DNA of 63,939 bases, filler included, from Choristocarpus tenellus KU-1152 (GCA_964200185.2; 13 parts of 13 records of this genome joined end to end with filler, not necessarily neighbours in it), one strand, 5' to 3'; positions 1-13,137 are shown, numbered from the whole stretch's first letter. Notes: generated by a model from the sequence alone, not told the origin. Translations and numbers: made by a program.

Positions 1-899
1 TCTGTAGGGGTCTTGCTGATGTTATGAGGTCCAGGCCAGATGCTGGCACGGGAGTCTCCTCTGGATTGCTAGGCGCGGATGTTGCTCAGGGTTCAGCTGT
101 GACCCCGGCCACTGTTGCCAGGGTAGAGGGGAATGATGTGACTGAGGTGGGAGTAGGAGCTTCAGCAAGGGTGGGAGGGGGGGAGAAAGTGGAAATGCCA
201 ACAGTTAAGTCTGGAGCTCCATTAAAGGGCATGGCGGCAGCTGGGGCGGCAGCTGTGGTTGCTGCTAGAGGAGAGTGGAAAGAGGAAAATCTTGGTCGCC
301 AGCTTTCAGTGGAGGTGTGTTGCTGCTTGCCCCCCCCGCTCCACAGCTCTCTGAACAAGTGATGTGTTAATAACAGTCTGTTAAAGTATATGAATAACTT
401 CACCTGTTGTAGGGGCTAGTTGATTTGCTGTACTTGATTTTTTGAAAATTGTTGGAACATTGATCTATTGCGTTTTGTTATCCCAGGACCTTGAGGCAGT
501 GCAGAAGCTGCTCCTGCATACCAACCAAGAGAAGGGGGGAGTGGAGGCTCTGGCGGAGGCAACCAGGGCTGTGAGCAAACGCCGAGGGTTGCAAGGAGGG
601 GACTCTGAGAAGGGAGAAAGGAGAGAGGATGGGGGGGAGGGGAAAAGCGTAGAAGGCGATGGGGTAGATAGAAAGCCAAAGCTTAGAAAGTTCAAGCATA
701 CAGGGTGGTTTCACACATATGAGTGATGAGGCACGAAGCAAGACTTTATTGAAGGGGGGGGGAGAAAAGAAGACCATGCACGATATGCAATATCCCAGTG
801 TATGGGGTGGCGGTGGGTGCATGTTTGTGTCGGAAAGGCAAGGGCAGTGTTGATTGAGTTGGAGGTTATGTTGGTGGCTGGCATACCATTGAGATTTTT

Positions 900-2900
900 T
901 ACTGTGTTGGGTAATGTTTTTTGTTTAGTTTCTGTTAATCTATCTGTATTCTGTGAAGCGTGTTGTCAATACATCTAGCTGGGATGCTTTCTTTGAGAAC
1001 TGATAGGGGAGAGATTTCATGAGATGATGTACTAATGGCAGCATCTGCGCGAGTATATTTTATAATTTTTTGTATGTTGTCCTTGTTGGGGCAATTAAGG
1101 GATTTGGTGCCCATATTTATCAATACTCCTCTCCATGATCGTTCTCGACAGGAGTTGCAGAGTCAGGCCTGAGACTCACCGTCTTGCAATTTGATTATGA
1201 GACAATGATCACTTTTCCCAATGGCAGATTTTTCGTCTCAACAAGACATGTACTTGATTTTGTGATGGCATAATTGCTGTACACTAGCTCTTACTGTATG
1301 GGGTCAATGGACAGACTCTGCAGCATCTACCGGAGAGCATATATACATGGCTTGTGTGTAAAACTCCAACATGATGCAGGGAAGTAAGTGCAGAGGTTTT
1401 CCGGTGCTTAGAGATGTCAATTGCCCAGGATTTGAGGAGTGTGAGATCATGCTTGAAGCATTATTTGTTTTAGTGGGACACAGCTGGCAGTTTCATGCAT
1501 GCACACAGTTGCTTACAGTTTGTAGAATGTGCTCAAGTTCTCTCAGAAATCCTGTAAGTTTTGCCTGCAGCTAGCTTCCTACTATTCTGCTGAAGGGTGC
1601 TGTTCCCTATGTGTTGTGAAATTCACCCATTTTGCTACCATGCAATGATCGTATAATCTAATTCATCTTGCCTAAACTGAGAAGTGCTTTTCTGTGATGA
1701 AAGAAAGATTTAAGTTCTTGAAGCAAAAGCAAGCAAATGAGACCTTCTACTTGCTTGGCATTCCACATACTACACACTCTCCCTCCTCTTTTCTTGACAT
1801 CTTCAGGATAACAATATGCCAATCTATCCATGACTCATCTGCTGACCAGTGGGTGCTTTGGCAGCTTTCTGCCGGTAGGCAACCTCACCAGTCATTTGAC
1901 AGATAGACAAACATCCCCAAATAGGGATCAGACAGGCCAACCAGTCGTCGCAACCATTTTGGACAAGGGTGCCAGGTAGGTTGTGCTTGGCACGCAACCT
2001 CTTGCGGGCACAGGGAAGACAATAGAAAGAGCAGCAGCAGTATAGGCAACAGCCCTGCAGATAGGTAGGTGTGGCAGGAGGTTGGTAGTGTTGGAGTTAC
2101 TGCAAGTAGAGGAATTTTTGAAAACAAATGATACTGGCAATAGTTTTTGTCAGGTCAGCATTGTGATTGGAACCGATTGAGTCAGGCTCTTGCAATTCGC
2201 ATCAGGGAGGGAGGGGAAAGTGTGTTGGGGAGGTGGGTCAGGAAGTTAGGATTGTTAAGGAGTGGAGAGATATTAAAATATCGGGAGTAAGGATCAGGGA
2301 CCAGAGCTGATCGTGCTGCTATCTCTCTAAGAAAGTTGGGGGTGAGGGAATTGCCAAAATGTTTAATTGCTTCCTTTGTGCATGAGTTAGAGTGGGGTGC
2401 TGCGTGGAGCCCTCAAGCAGGATAATTGAATTAGACATGGTGGGCACTACCAGGAGCCTACCATTTCAAGGGAACCATTATTCACCTGCTGTCTACTGTA
2501 AATTTCTACGAAAAATTGTTCATTACTATGTTGTATCATCGCACATCCTCTTTGCCAAGTGAGGGTTTTAGTGATAGTAGGAAAAGCTTCACTCGACCCA
2601 GTCTCCAACTTAGACCGCGGCAAGAATTAAGGACCACAATTACGTTTCGAACGCATCGTCGCACCTCGCCCACATACGTGCCGACGTCACCCATGGCGCA
2701 AGGCATGCAAAGGAAAGTGTAGATGCAGCTTCCTTTGTTGTTACAGCACTGCGTGGGAGTCTGTCGTGTACAGCCACGCGAGAGTGTGGAGCAGACGGTA
2801 TGGGAGTGGTGGAGAGGGTGAGAGAAGTAAAAAGGGCAGAGATAACTAAAACAATCCCAGGAGGAGGGACGGATTGGTTTCCGACCCATAATTCATGGCG
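900..2900 (-). mobile_element. Degenerate Penelope-like element, Naiad/Chlamys type (N-terminal GIY-YIG, then RT N-terminal region)
   Basis: ORF 2536-2889 contains GSCIYTFLCMPCAMGDVGTYVGEVRR (GIY-YIG signature). Downstream broken frames give YFNISPLLNNPNFLTHLP, LTKTIASII and HTKNYKIYSRR, resembling conserved Naiad/Chlamys blocks as I recall them. Many stops and frameshifts. Confidence 0.55.
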
Positions 2901-3603
2901 GGTCAATATCAAGTAGTCCATCGATGAGCGAGTGAGTGAATAGTTGTATCCATAACTAACAGGCACAGCCAATTTGTCACACTATCATTATTGCGGTTTT
3001 CATCACAAGGCACACGTGGTAAAATTTATTTTAACCAGACCTGATGCCATTGCTCCTGCTGAGCCATTAGTATTAATGAGTGTGGTGGTAGGTCCTCCTA
3101 GCACGTGTAGATAGGACGACACAGAAGAAGAAGAAGAACGCGTGGTGTCTGGTTCTCTCGACTAAGGGCCGTGCAACAACTCGGATCTTTCCTGTTTTGG
3201 TGTGTGTCTGGGGGGAGGGGGTGAATTTTTTGTGGTGGGCGGTTACACTGACACCATCGACAATAATATACAACAGGACTACTATAATAATAATACCACC
3301 ACAGAAAAACTTTTATGCATTTATTAGAAAAACTATTGGAGAGTGTCTTTGCTTTCGCACACAATCAATGTTGATATCACAGACCAAGAAGGTCCTCCTG
3401 CCAAACAGCATAATCAACACTACTACTTAAAAAAATAACATCATTCTGGGCCGATGATCTTCCCTTCAAAATGTGAATCGTGTGATTCTAAGTTTTTGTG
3501 CATTGCACGCGAGAGTTCGAATCTCCAGGTGTCGCCAATGTGAATCGTGTGATTCTGTGGCGGCGTGGTTCACTCAGGCAAGGGTGGCGAAGAGAATCAC
3601 CAG

Positions 3604-3703
3604 NNNNNNNNNNNNNNNNNNNNNNNNNNNNNNNNNNNNNNNNNNNNTTAATTAATTAANNNNNNNNNNNNNNNNNNNNNNNNNNNNNNNNNNNNNNNNN
3701 NNN
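3604..3703. other. Artificial contig linker N44-TTAATTAATTAA-N44 (first of 12; others 6259-6358, 9592-9691, 13372-13471, 20188-20287, 23345-23444, 30104-30203, 33667-33766, 37776-37875, 42027-42126, 54969-55068, 60331-60430)
   Basis: Identical 100-bp spacer with stop codons in all six frames, repeated 12 times. Confidence 0.98.
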
Positions 3704-3759
3704 CCCCCCAGATACTTTGACCCGTGAGCGAGGAGCTACTAGCCTAGGCGAATACCCTC

Positions 3760-5010
3760 CAGGGGTGTACCAGAGTAACTCCTTATCATCCAGGGAATAT
3801 GACTCCACATCTATACTCCCTTTTCCCCATTCGAAGTGAAGACTTCCAGTTTTCTTGGCCTTCGAGTACACCCCGTATGCTGCCCAAGAAGGAATCTTTC
3901 TTCTGCCTCTCCGCTAGCTCTGGCACGTCTGAGAGAGTAGCCATTGCTCTCTTGAGAGTGAGGTGGTGTTGAACCATCTCACTCATTCGGACTGTTCTGT
4001 CACTACCCTTCTTACTCTTTAGCCTTGGTGTACTTTTGCGCTTTTTTTTGCGCGGTGGCTTCTCTTCTCCTGCTTTTCCTTTTATTTCTAGCCTGTCTTC
4101 GAGGGTAGGGTGTAAAGGTTGCCAACCAAAAGTGTTAGTATCGTTAAGTGGGGGAAGGAGTTGCTGTGGGGTGTGTGTCTGGTCTACACTAGGCATCATA
4201 TTTGGGGTCATCCAACCACAGGGAGGGGGTATACACACTGGTAGACTTTGATCCTGGGGTCTACTGAGTGATAGCCAACCTCCAACGCCTAAAGTTCGAC
4301 TATCAGGTTCCGTGTTGCAATATTGCAGCGCTGGCAGTATTCCTGATAATTTGGTGTCAACTGTTCCCTGAAGTAACATGTGTGCTACCCCTAGACTCGG
4401 TTCATCATGTGAGGGAGGAGCACACTCTAGTTCTGAATATACCAACACACACACAGAGAAAGGGGACATTGTGGGGTGACCTGGGCTTAGGTCTGACGTA
4501 CCTAAATCCTGCAAACATACACCATCTAAGACAGGTCCTCGCGGTCCAGCGTACTTCTTGCTACAAGCTACTGACAGATCGTCAGGAAAAGAATCATCGA
4601 TATCCAAACCTGATGCTGTTGGTGTGGAGAGTCGTGACAGCCCATCTGGTAGTTGGTGCTTCGAACCTGCTCGCCACTTCAGTTCCATGACATGGTCCAT
4701 AAGGCAAACGGCCCGCCTGTGGAGCTTGGGTCTAAGTTCACGACTCTCGAAGAGCCAAGTCAGTGCTGAGCAGTCAGTGACTAGGGTGAATTTCCTACCC
4801 CAAATGTAGGAGCGGAAGTATTCTACAGCCCACAAGATAGCCATACATTCTCTTTCAGTGGGTGCTCTCCTACTGTCTGTTTTAGACCATCTATGGCTAG
4901 CATATGCTACGACATGTTCTTGGTCATCATCCTGTAACCTGGGTCAGCGTTGCTCTAGCTCCTTCCTCACTCACATCTGTATGGAGGAGGAACGGCCACG
5001 ATTTAAGCTT
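3760..5010 (-). mobile_element. Ty3/Gypsy LTR retrotransposon pol fragment (RNase H to integrase-proximal region)
   Basis: PFLLHTDVSEEGARATLTQ followed by AILWAVEYFRSYIWGRKFTLVTDCSALTWL...KWRAGSKHQLPDGLSRL = Gypsy RNase H. Confidence 0.9.
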
Positions 5011-5406
5011 GGGTTTGATCCAGCGGTGATTCGGCATGGCTCCCATATCGTCCAACCACTTGTTTATGTTGCTCGTGCTATAATTCAGCCCCTTGGCGGC
5101 CATCTTCATTGTCACCTGATGTGTTACAGCCGCCCCTCAGAACTCACCTCCACAGGATGTACAACTCAAATCCAACAACCTTAAAAGAACAATATGGGGG
5201 CGTTGCCCTTGATAACAGTTTGTAGGGTGTCAGGTGTCCTTCTCTTCTTGATATTCCACTAAGTGCTTAGCTCAAGGCTCGACTCAAAGTTTCGTTCAAG
5301 AAAAAAATAAGGACTGGCGGCAATTGGGTTGGCTTTTTGTCCAAAATCCCTCTTAATATTTTCATCATCCACCCAATTGGATGATGGTCTTCTATGCAAC
5401 TCCAAT

Positions 5407-5664
5407 GAGTCAAAGTATCTTAGAGGGTAGAGTCGCGTCAATTTGGGGGTCAAAATCCAATGTTGCGATTTTGTTGTAATTTGGCTATCGTATTTGTTAG
5501 GAAGTATCAATATCTATGTTTCGGACAGACCTTTCATAGTGTGTACATTTTACCTACTCCTAAACATTTTGGAGTAGGAAAATGTCATTTAAGAAAACCA
5601 TGGGAAGCCAAGCCCCAAATGGACAAACAGGCCAAACCTCGTACCCTCTAAGATAATTTCACTC
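5407..5664 (+). mobile_element. MITE family B (~258 bp)
   Basis: TIR GAGTCAAAGTATCTTAGAGGG...CCCTCTAAGATAATTTCACTC, flanked by AAT/AAT; internal similarity to other copies in the window. Confidence 0.85.
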
Positions 5665-6806
5665 AATCATAAACCTTCCTTCTGCAACTTCTTAGGGACT
5701 TTGACATTTTCTTCTGTAATGTTACATATGTTTTCCGAACCTTACTCTGTATCTTCTATGAAGTCATCATTTATCCTGTAAGGCTACCTATGTTTTTCTA
5801 ATATCGTATTTTGTTCGCACTTGTTAGAACGTGAGAAACAATCCTCATACTATACATCTGTCACAATGTTCTTGTTTGCTAAAACATGAGAAGAAATGCT
5901 CGCGCTATTCGCCTGTAACAGATGCACTGTGGATGACCAATTGTTAGAGTTGATACTGTGTATCGCGGCCATCTTGTTCGATGTGAGCTCTGAAGCCCAC
6001 CCACTACGTGCCGCCACCCAAATCAAGCGTGTGGCAACGGGTGAGCTGATTGGCAACGTCCTCCCAGAGCTCTCACATGTAACGCTTGGACACTCCAACT
6101 CCGCTGCGAGGGCTGGCCCAACTTGTCGCAGTCGTTTATGCTCACCAAGGACCATCGTGAGGGTGTGCCGCACTGCAAGCGCAACCCTGGTATTCAGGGA
6201 CATTTGGGCACCCTTCCTATACGGGGGGGGTGACGGGGGGTTGCCATGCCGATGTTCCNNNNNNNNNNNNNNNNNNNNNNNNNNNNNNNNNNNNNNNNNN
6301 NNTTAATTAATTAANNNNNNNNNNNNNNNNNNNNNNNNNNNNNNNNNNNNNNNNNNNNAAAGAAGGAAAGACGGGGGGGGCGGGGCGGGCGTCTGCGAAA
6401 GGGGCAGGGAGAGGGGGGGGTCCCGGTCGCGGCTATATCCGTTGAGAAATGGATAGATTTCCAGTGATTGCCGCTACAACCGTTATTATAAAAAAAATGA
6501 GACATGGCTTTATGATATTGAATAGAGGCAGTGTACATCGAGTGGGGGGGTTGACAAACATCACACCGCAAACCTTTTTTCTTTCCCCCCCTCCCCACTC
6601 TCCCCTATTCTGTTAAAATAGAAACAGGCTCTAGATATGACTATTTACTGTCCCCTAACCAAGGGGGCTTTTTTTTTTCTTTCTTTTTTTTTGTTCTCAT
6701 TCCCAACAGTACTACATCCAAGAAGATAAATCTCAATACTAGTTCGAACTATTTTCAAAACCTCTGGTCAAGAGGCTGCGTAACTGAAGAGGCCAGAGAA
6801 GTCGAT

Positions 6807-7030
6807 GGGTTAGGGTTAGGGTTAGGGTTAGGATGGACAATATTCTTGGCACAAGCGTCAAGAAACAATGCAGCCCCTCCCAATTCCTAGGGTGAACAAC
6901 GTGTTCGACCGTTTCATGGAGGAGGGTTAGGGTTAGACTCAAAAGAGGGTAGAACATTTCCACGTACCCCGAGTACTCCAGGTGACAGTAGGGGTGTGTA
7001 GCGGTGGGGACGGGGTTAGGGTTAGGGTAG
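6807..7030 (+). repeat. Interstitial telomere-type (TTAGGG)n tracts
   Basis: GGGTTAGGGTTAGGGTTAGGGTTAGG at 6807, shorter tracts near 6923 and 7013; CCCTAACCCTA near 7367. Confidence 0.85.
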
Positions 7031-7188
7031 TGGGGGTCTCGTGTCAAAAAAATGAGACCGACAACAAGCACGGGAACCGTCAACTGTGTGGTCAACAAGG
7101 CCTTCCATAGGTGGCAAACTCAACATTCGGATTGTGGGACGGACCTCACACCAGAAAGACCCATGTTCTGGGCCAAGTATACCCATTC

Positions 7189-7191
<3 letters not shown>

Positions 7192-7239
<48 letters not shown>
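7192..7239. repeat. (AG)n microsatellite
   Basis: Direct. Confidence 0.95.
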
Positions 7240-7245
<6 letters not shown>

Positions 7246-7455
7246 ACCAAAGCCCTTCCCTTCATACCCCCACATTGAGACTACACACTCACTCGTATAT
7301 TTTATTTTATATCTACAAAGTCTTAGCGATGATAAAAACGCTCAGCATGCCACAACTGTTCCCCAGCCCTAACCCTAGCACGATTAACAGTAGTACACTC
7401 AACAAGGTTTAAGTAAGGGTAAGGGCTACCTGAAGAAATAAATAAAGTCACCCAC

Positions 7456-7591
7456 CTCAACATCCTTGAAGGAAAACTGTGAGGCCTGAGCCAGCACGCG
7501 ACCATTGCAAACGATAAGGGCACACCCGTCAAAATACAGCCTACCGTAGTGGGGGGTTATTCAGCATTGGGTGGGGGCAAGACAGGTGGAG

Positions 7592-7666
<75 letters not shown>

Positions 7667-8351
7667 CAGATGGAAGAGTTGTTGATGGCGATGATCAATG
7701 CTTACAATGAGATCACCAGAACGGGCGTCCATTCATGTCCCCTTCTGGTCACCCCTTACCCCTTTTGCACATCCCTGATGTATTACTATCAATATATTAA
7801 TATTGTCGTGAATACATTACTGTTGATGGCATCAACATCAATATGACCATCAACACATTAGCATTACCATCAATACATTACAATCAATGGCATCAACATC
7901 AATATGACCATCAACAAATTAACATTACCATCAATACATTACTACAAATAAATGGTACAATTCCTAAGTTATCTACTTTACTTACCTTCCCCCATCACAG
8001 CCTCGCTGATTTGCATAGAGGTACACTCCTCCACACTTGGCTGTGGCCGACACAATATTGCTCAGTCTCTGTTCCAGCTTGCGCAGTTGGTGGTGTGATC
8101 CAGACCCGTTCCCGATAATCTCCACTCCAGCCAGGCCCTGTACATATAAAAGCAGGAGGAGGAGGAGGAGGAGGAGGAGGAGGAGGAGAACAGGTTGTTG
8201 GCAGGATAGAACGATACAGATACACACACATGTATCTATCGTATGTATATGTGTATACATGTATGTGTATATACTTATTCACACACCATATGCAGTAAAT
8301 ACAATGTAAGTGCACAAAATATGCAGAGGAGGTAAGTGACGACAGAATAGT

Positions 8352-8384
<33 letters not shown>

Positions 8385-9003
8385 AGCAGGCAGGCATTTC
8401 GTGAAAAATGACTGCAAGACGCACCTTCACACACAACCCACAGAAGACATCCAGTAAGTTAGATGCACTAACGGACAGGGCCAACTGCACTTGAAGTTAG
8501 GGTTAGGGTTAGGGTTAGGGATATAGCGCTAGAGTTTGGGCTCAGGGCGCACAGTGCAATAGCAGATACATTAAAACACAACTGCCTGAGGTGTGCACCT
8601 AAAGATATCCAAACAAAAATTACACACACAGGCACACTTACGCACGTGTATACACACACAGCAGGAGCCAACACGTAAGGCACAAACATAACACACATCA
8701 GGGACACTCGAACGACTGAGTTGAGTGAGTGCGCGCACTGTGCAACATAAACGTGTTATGTTATTATGGACAAACCATTGCGTTGTTATATGGACATAAA
8801 ACACTTATGCCATTATGAACAGGAACACTTATGTTGCTATGAAGCGCTAAAAAAATAAATACTACGCCGTGTACGCCAAGGATACAAAAAATAAAAACCT
8901 GATTGATGTGAGGGCTGTCGGGGGTCCACAGTTCTTCGCAGGTCTCTGCCGCCACCAACGTCTCAGATGTGGCCACAGCCACCTGTCCAAAGGGTACTGT
9001 CCT
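7456..9003 (-). CDS. NADSYN1: Glutamine-dependent NAD+ synthetase, internal fragment of the nitrilase/glutaminase domain; exons 9003-8899, 8137-7986, 7540-7456
   Basis: Spliced peptide [35 protein letters not shown]|[51 protein letters not shown]|[28 protein letters not shown]; CEELW and SGSHH motifs; GT-AG sites with consistent phases. Confidence 0.95.
7594..7665. repeat. (GT)n microsatellite, intronic
   Basis: Direct. Confidence 0.95.
8154..8187. repeat. (AGG)n microsatellite; reads (CCT)n on the gene strand, forming the polypyrimidine tract of the 8137 acceptor
   Basis: Direct; lies just upstream of the CAG acceptor on the minus strand. Confidence 0.9.
8355..8396. repeat. (CAGG)n microsatellite
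   Basis: Direct. Confidence 0.9.
8497..8520 (+). repeat. (TTAGGG)4 inside an NAD synthetase intron
   Basis: Direct. Confidence 0.95.
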
Positions 9004-9127
9004 CTGCCCAGATCACACACAGGCAGACATAAACCAAGAAACAAACAGTGCACATGCACCCACGCACACGTGGACATACAGGCCGCAGTAGCACAGAGTT
9101 TCCAGAGGACCAAAACAACAACAGCAA

Positions 9128-9129
<2 letters not shown>

Positions 9130-9161
<32 letters not shown>
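9130..9161. repeat. (CA)n microsatellite
   Basis: Direct. Confidence 0.9.
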
Positions 9162-9162
<1 letters not shown>

Positions 9163-9511
9163 GGTTATATATCTATATATTTCTTTCCATTTTTTTTCCT
9201 TTTTGATGGAACACTGAATGACTCAGAGGAGATAGATGCCCTGCTCCCGTGCAGGAAAAAAAGTCAACCCGAATATTTTTTGCAAGAAACCCCGATACAA
9301 CACACGCATGAAAAAAAAAAAAAGAGAAGAAGAAGAAGAAGGTTATATCTCTTTTCTTTTTTGTAGATACAGTTACGCAAAGGTGGGTCGGCCGCCAGCA
9401 AACAAGAAGAGTCCAGTCACTAACAGCAAACAAAAGAAGAAGAAAAGAAAAAAGAACTGGAGATCGGGTAAGCCGTGACGTCAAGGAGAGACCACACATA
9501 TCTACCACAAA

Positions 9512-9547
<36 letters not shown>

Positions 9548-10829
9548 TGGTTGTTGTTGTGTTTTTTTTTTTTTTTTTTTTTTAATTTTTTNNNNNNNNN
9601 NNNNNNNNNNNNNNNNNNNNNNNNNNNNNNNNNNNTTAATTAATTAANNNNNNNNNNNNNNNNNNNNNNNNNNNNNNNNNNNNNNNNNNNNCCCCCTAGA
9701 TACTTTTGGGTCTTTTTTTAATTGCAGGAATTGAATTTGTTTATCCTGAGCACTTGTATGAATTTCATCGATAGTTTACACCATTTTATCATTTATATTA
9801 CCATTTTAGTGGTATTGTCACGTAATGTTTTTTTCCTTATCTCTGGTATTTTGACTTCAAATCAACTATGATACCACTATTGTAGTATTCAATTGTTTGC
9901 TCTAGTATCAATGTTAAATATTGATAATATTATTAAGTATTCATACATAGTAGAGGACGACAATATCGCAGACTTGCGTAACACTGGAATAGCACAGAAA
10001 AGGTGTACCTTTAATGGTTGATATCACCACCTATATTTGTTTTTTTTGTGTGGTGCTGTAACACCCTGGTTTGATGTGCTGTTGTTGTCCGATAATTACA
10101 AGGAATGTGATTCACTTGATAGTAAGGTGGTGAAAACATATTTGACAACAGCTGACATACACCAACATCGTTTAATGTCGCCCTTGCTATCATAGATTTA
10201 CCTACTCAAGGTATTTCGATATCTGATATGAGTCCCTCCCCCAACCCCTCCCCTTCCCCCTGCTTTCTCCACCCACTACCTGCACAATGGCTAGATGCAA
10301 TTTGAAGGTGCAATTTACTGCTTGGGAAACAGATACATACCGCTGTAGTTGACTGTCCAATTATCAGTTGACCAGAAGCGATAAAGTCTTAGTCTTGACT
10401 ATGTACCAGCAGCCTATGGTTGGTGAGATTTGCGATGAAGGGTATGGCAAGACCTACTTACACATTACATATATGTCTACAGCCAGTAAGTAGTGCAGCT
10501 AGGATGTAGATGGAACGGACTGGAGTGCCATACAAAGACTGGAACCGATTCTGTGCTCCTCAAAGTTATTTCTACAGTGCAAGGGGGTCCCTCTGTGTAC
10601 GTTGCAAATATGGCCTGGAACTGGAGACTAGAATACTTTCAATCTTGTGAAATGGTTGCCAATTGGAAGGACATTGTGTTGAGAGACAATAATATCCAGG
10701 CTAGTAGTATTTGGAGGTATAAATTAAGAAAAGTCCTAATAATACTACACTACAGTCAGGCTACAAAAAAAGAACAAAATCTGTATTTATTGCAGCAGGG
10801 AAAATGGCGGCATTAGAAGCCAATGTTCT

Positions 10830-11900
10830 TATTTATGTGAAAAAATCTGAAATGAATGATGGCAGAGGCGAGTACAAGATGAATTGGGTTATTGAATCCC
10901 TAACTGAAACTTTTTTGTTGGGAACGTTTTTTTGGCTGTAGATCTTGTGGTAATTTTTGGTGCGATAATGAGCATGGATGGCGGTGCAGTTTGATTGCTT
11001 ATTTTTGTATATGGTTAGTGTGATATACTCTCCAACGATCATTTCTTCGAAGTATAGTAATCATTTCTTTTTATCAGGGATGACTTTATGTAACTGTGGA
11101 TGTTGGTAGATTATTGCGTTTAGTGTGATAAACACGTTGGCAACCCTTTTGTTCTGGGTCTGCATTACCAGAGGATTGCTTCTCAAATGGGTGGATTTAC
11201 GTTGTATCTCCTTTAGAAATAACTCTCACGCAAGCAGCAACGTTTTGTTCCTTTCATTCTTACCTGACATACAACGTTTCTCTTTCTTGGTTTACATGGG
11301 AAGATTACTGTTACAATAGGTACCCTGCATAAATATAAGGCAGAGTACTGGATCTGAGCGTCTCCAAGATAGGTGTGAAGTTGTAGGACAAAGCTGTTGT
11401 ATTTCCTAACCGCTGGCTGATCAGAGATAGCATCTTTTCGTGTTTTTCACTAATTCTAACCCAGAGAATGGTGAGTTGCTACCTGTAGTATGGAGAGCGC
11501 TTACCATTCAGGTTTCTGCACAACTCCCCTTCACCGATCAGGATGGGTAGAACAGGAATACCTCCTTCAAATCTTGACATGTGTTACGCCAATCAACTTT
11601 GGCACTTTGATTATGGTAATGGTGTACTAGTAGGGGAGGTTTCTAGCAAACTGTACCGCAAGTCTTTTTTGCAACACACATAATGATCAAATACATGTAT
11701 GCTAATATCTGCATTAGGTGTCAAAACCTCCCCGGAACAGCACAGCCTTGGTTTTATTATGGGGTAGTGCTTGACCGAGTCCAAGACCACTCACTGTGTA
11801 CAGACTGTATTATAGAAGACATCCATACATGTGTATACGATGATACTGAGGCAGAAAGGGTTGGTGCTTAGGTGAGCAATGAGTCATAATGAGGAGGATA
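10830..11900 (-). mobile_element. Second highly decayed Naiad/Chlamys-like Penelope element relic
   Basis: Broken frames give CSGEVLTPNADI, IYQHPQLHKV, RTKNYHKIYSQ (matches HTKNYKIYSR near 1050-1080) and FISDFFT, in the order expected for PLE RT. Confidence 0.4.
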
Positions 11901-13137
11901 ACACTAAGTATCGAACCAACTGAGAGGTAGGCAGGTTTGCATTTATAGGATCCTCAGGAAGGGCAAAAAATTCCGTGTTGTACAATTCCAGAAAAACGTT
12001 TTTGCTGAATTGTGGTGTCACTTTGTGTATGTAAAGAGGGAATATCAAATTTGCGTACACTAATTATTCACATAAAGCAGAGTATTGCACAGGATAAGAA
12101 AGATGACTCAGAACCCCCAAAAGGGTCCAAACCTGCCTACCTACCAATTGTCTTGACTCTCAAGCAGTATAAGTTTGATACATCCTCAGTGTGTTCATTG
12201 TCACAGCCTTAGGTATTGGATTATGTATATAGTGTAGATGCAATTAATGACAAGTAGTTCCAATGAACTGTGTTTCCGATATGTATTGGTTGTTCTGGAG
12301 TGCAGATTGAGCGATTGTCTGATGTTTGTGTATGACACACAACATTGTATAAACTCTTCTAGTTTGAAGTATAAGGACAATGAGGTTCATGGGTATAGTC
12401 GCTTTTATTTCTTATTTTTTACACTTACGTTACTTGTGCATAGCACTTACCATGTTCAGTAGTACTATATAGTATTTTTTTCTTTGAACCACAGTTAATC
12501 ATGGCATTTGTTTAATCTCATTCTTGATATTAATAGTCAAAACTTGCAAGAATGACATCTTCCTTCAGCTGAGGCTTGTATTAATTCATTGATTCGATGG
12601 CAAGCGTTCTTTGTGTTAGAACACAGAAGGACAACACCATGGAATATTCTGTTAGTCGTACTGTGAAAACAAACTTTGCGTAATATTTACTGTTAATATA
12701 TTTTTTATCTGGCGTTGTTGCGACAGCTTTCCCTATACAATGATAGCACGAACAACACCAATAGTGGTTTGGCAGTAGGTAAGCGTATATGTACTTGTCT
12801 ATTAGTCAAAAACAGTTCAGATTAAGTCACGTGTTTAAACTGTTTTATTACTGAAACTTCTTTTTTCAATACAGAACACGTAGAATATCATATAGTTTCC
12901 TGCTAGCAGTGAAATAAGTCTTCCTATACACCATTTCATCTCTCACCATTATTATTAGGGTTTCACAAGAATCGTAAGGTGTAGTTTGACTGTTATCATT
13001 GGTACCTGCCTGTCTAGATTCATGAGCATTGATCATCGAGGGTAGAACCAAGAAAAAATAGTACAAGTAGTGAGAAAATATTTTCTACAGTATGTTTATG
13101 TATCAAGATCATGTCATCAACACATTCATTCCCACCA

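Noticed and set aside
3648-3659. Recurrent palindrome TTAATTAATTAA
   Set aside because: Always centred in N runs of identical length: assembly linker, not biology
7571-7846. ORFs built from microsatellites (also 7052, 8037, 8862, 8963)
   Set aside because: Translations of simple repeats in or near NAD synthetase introns
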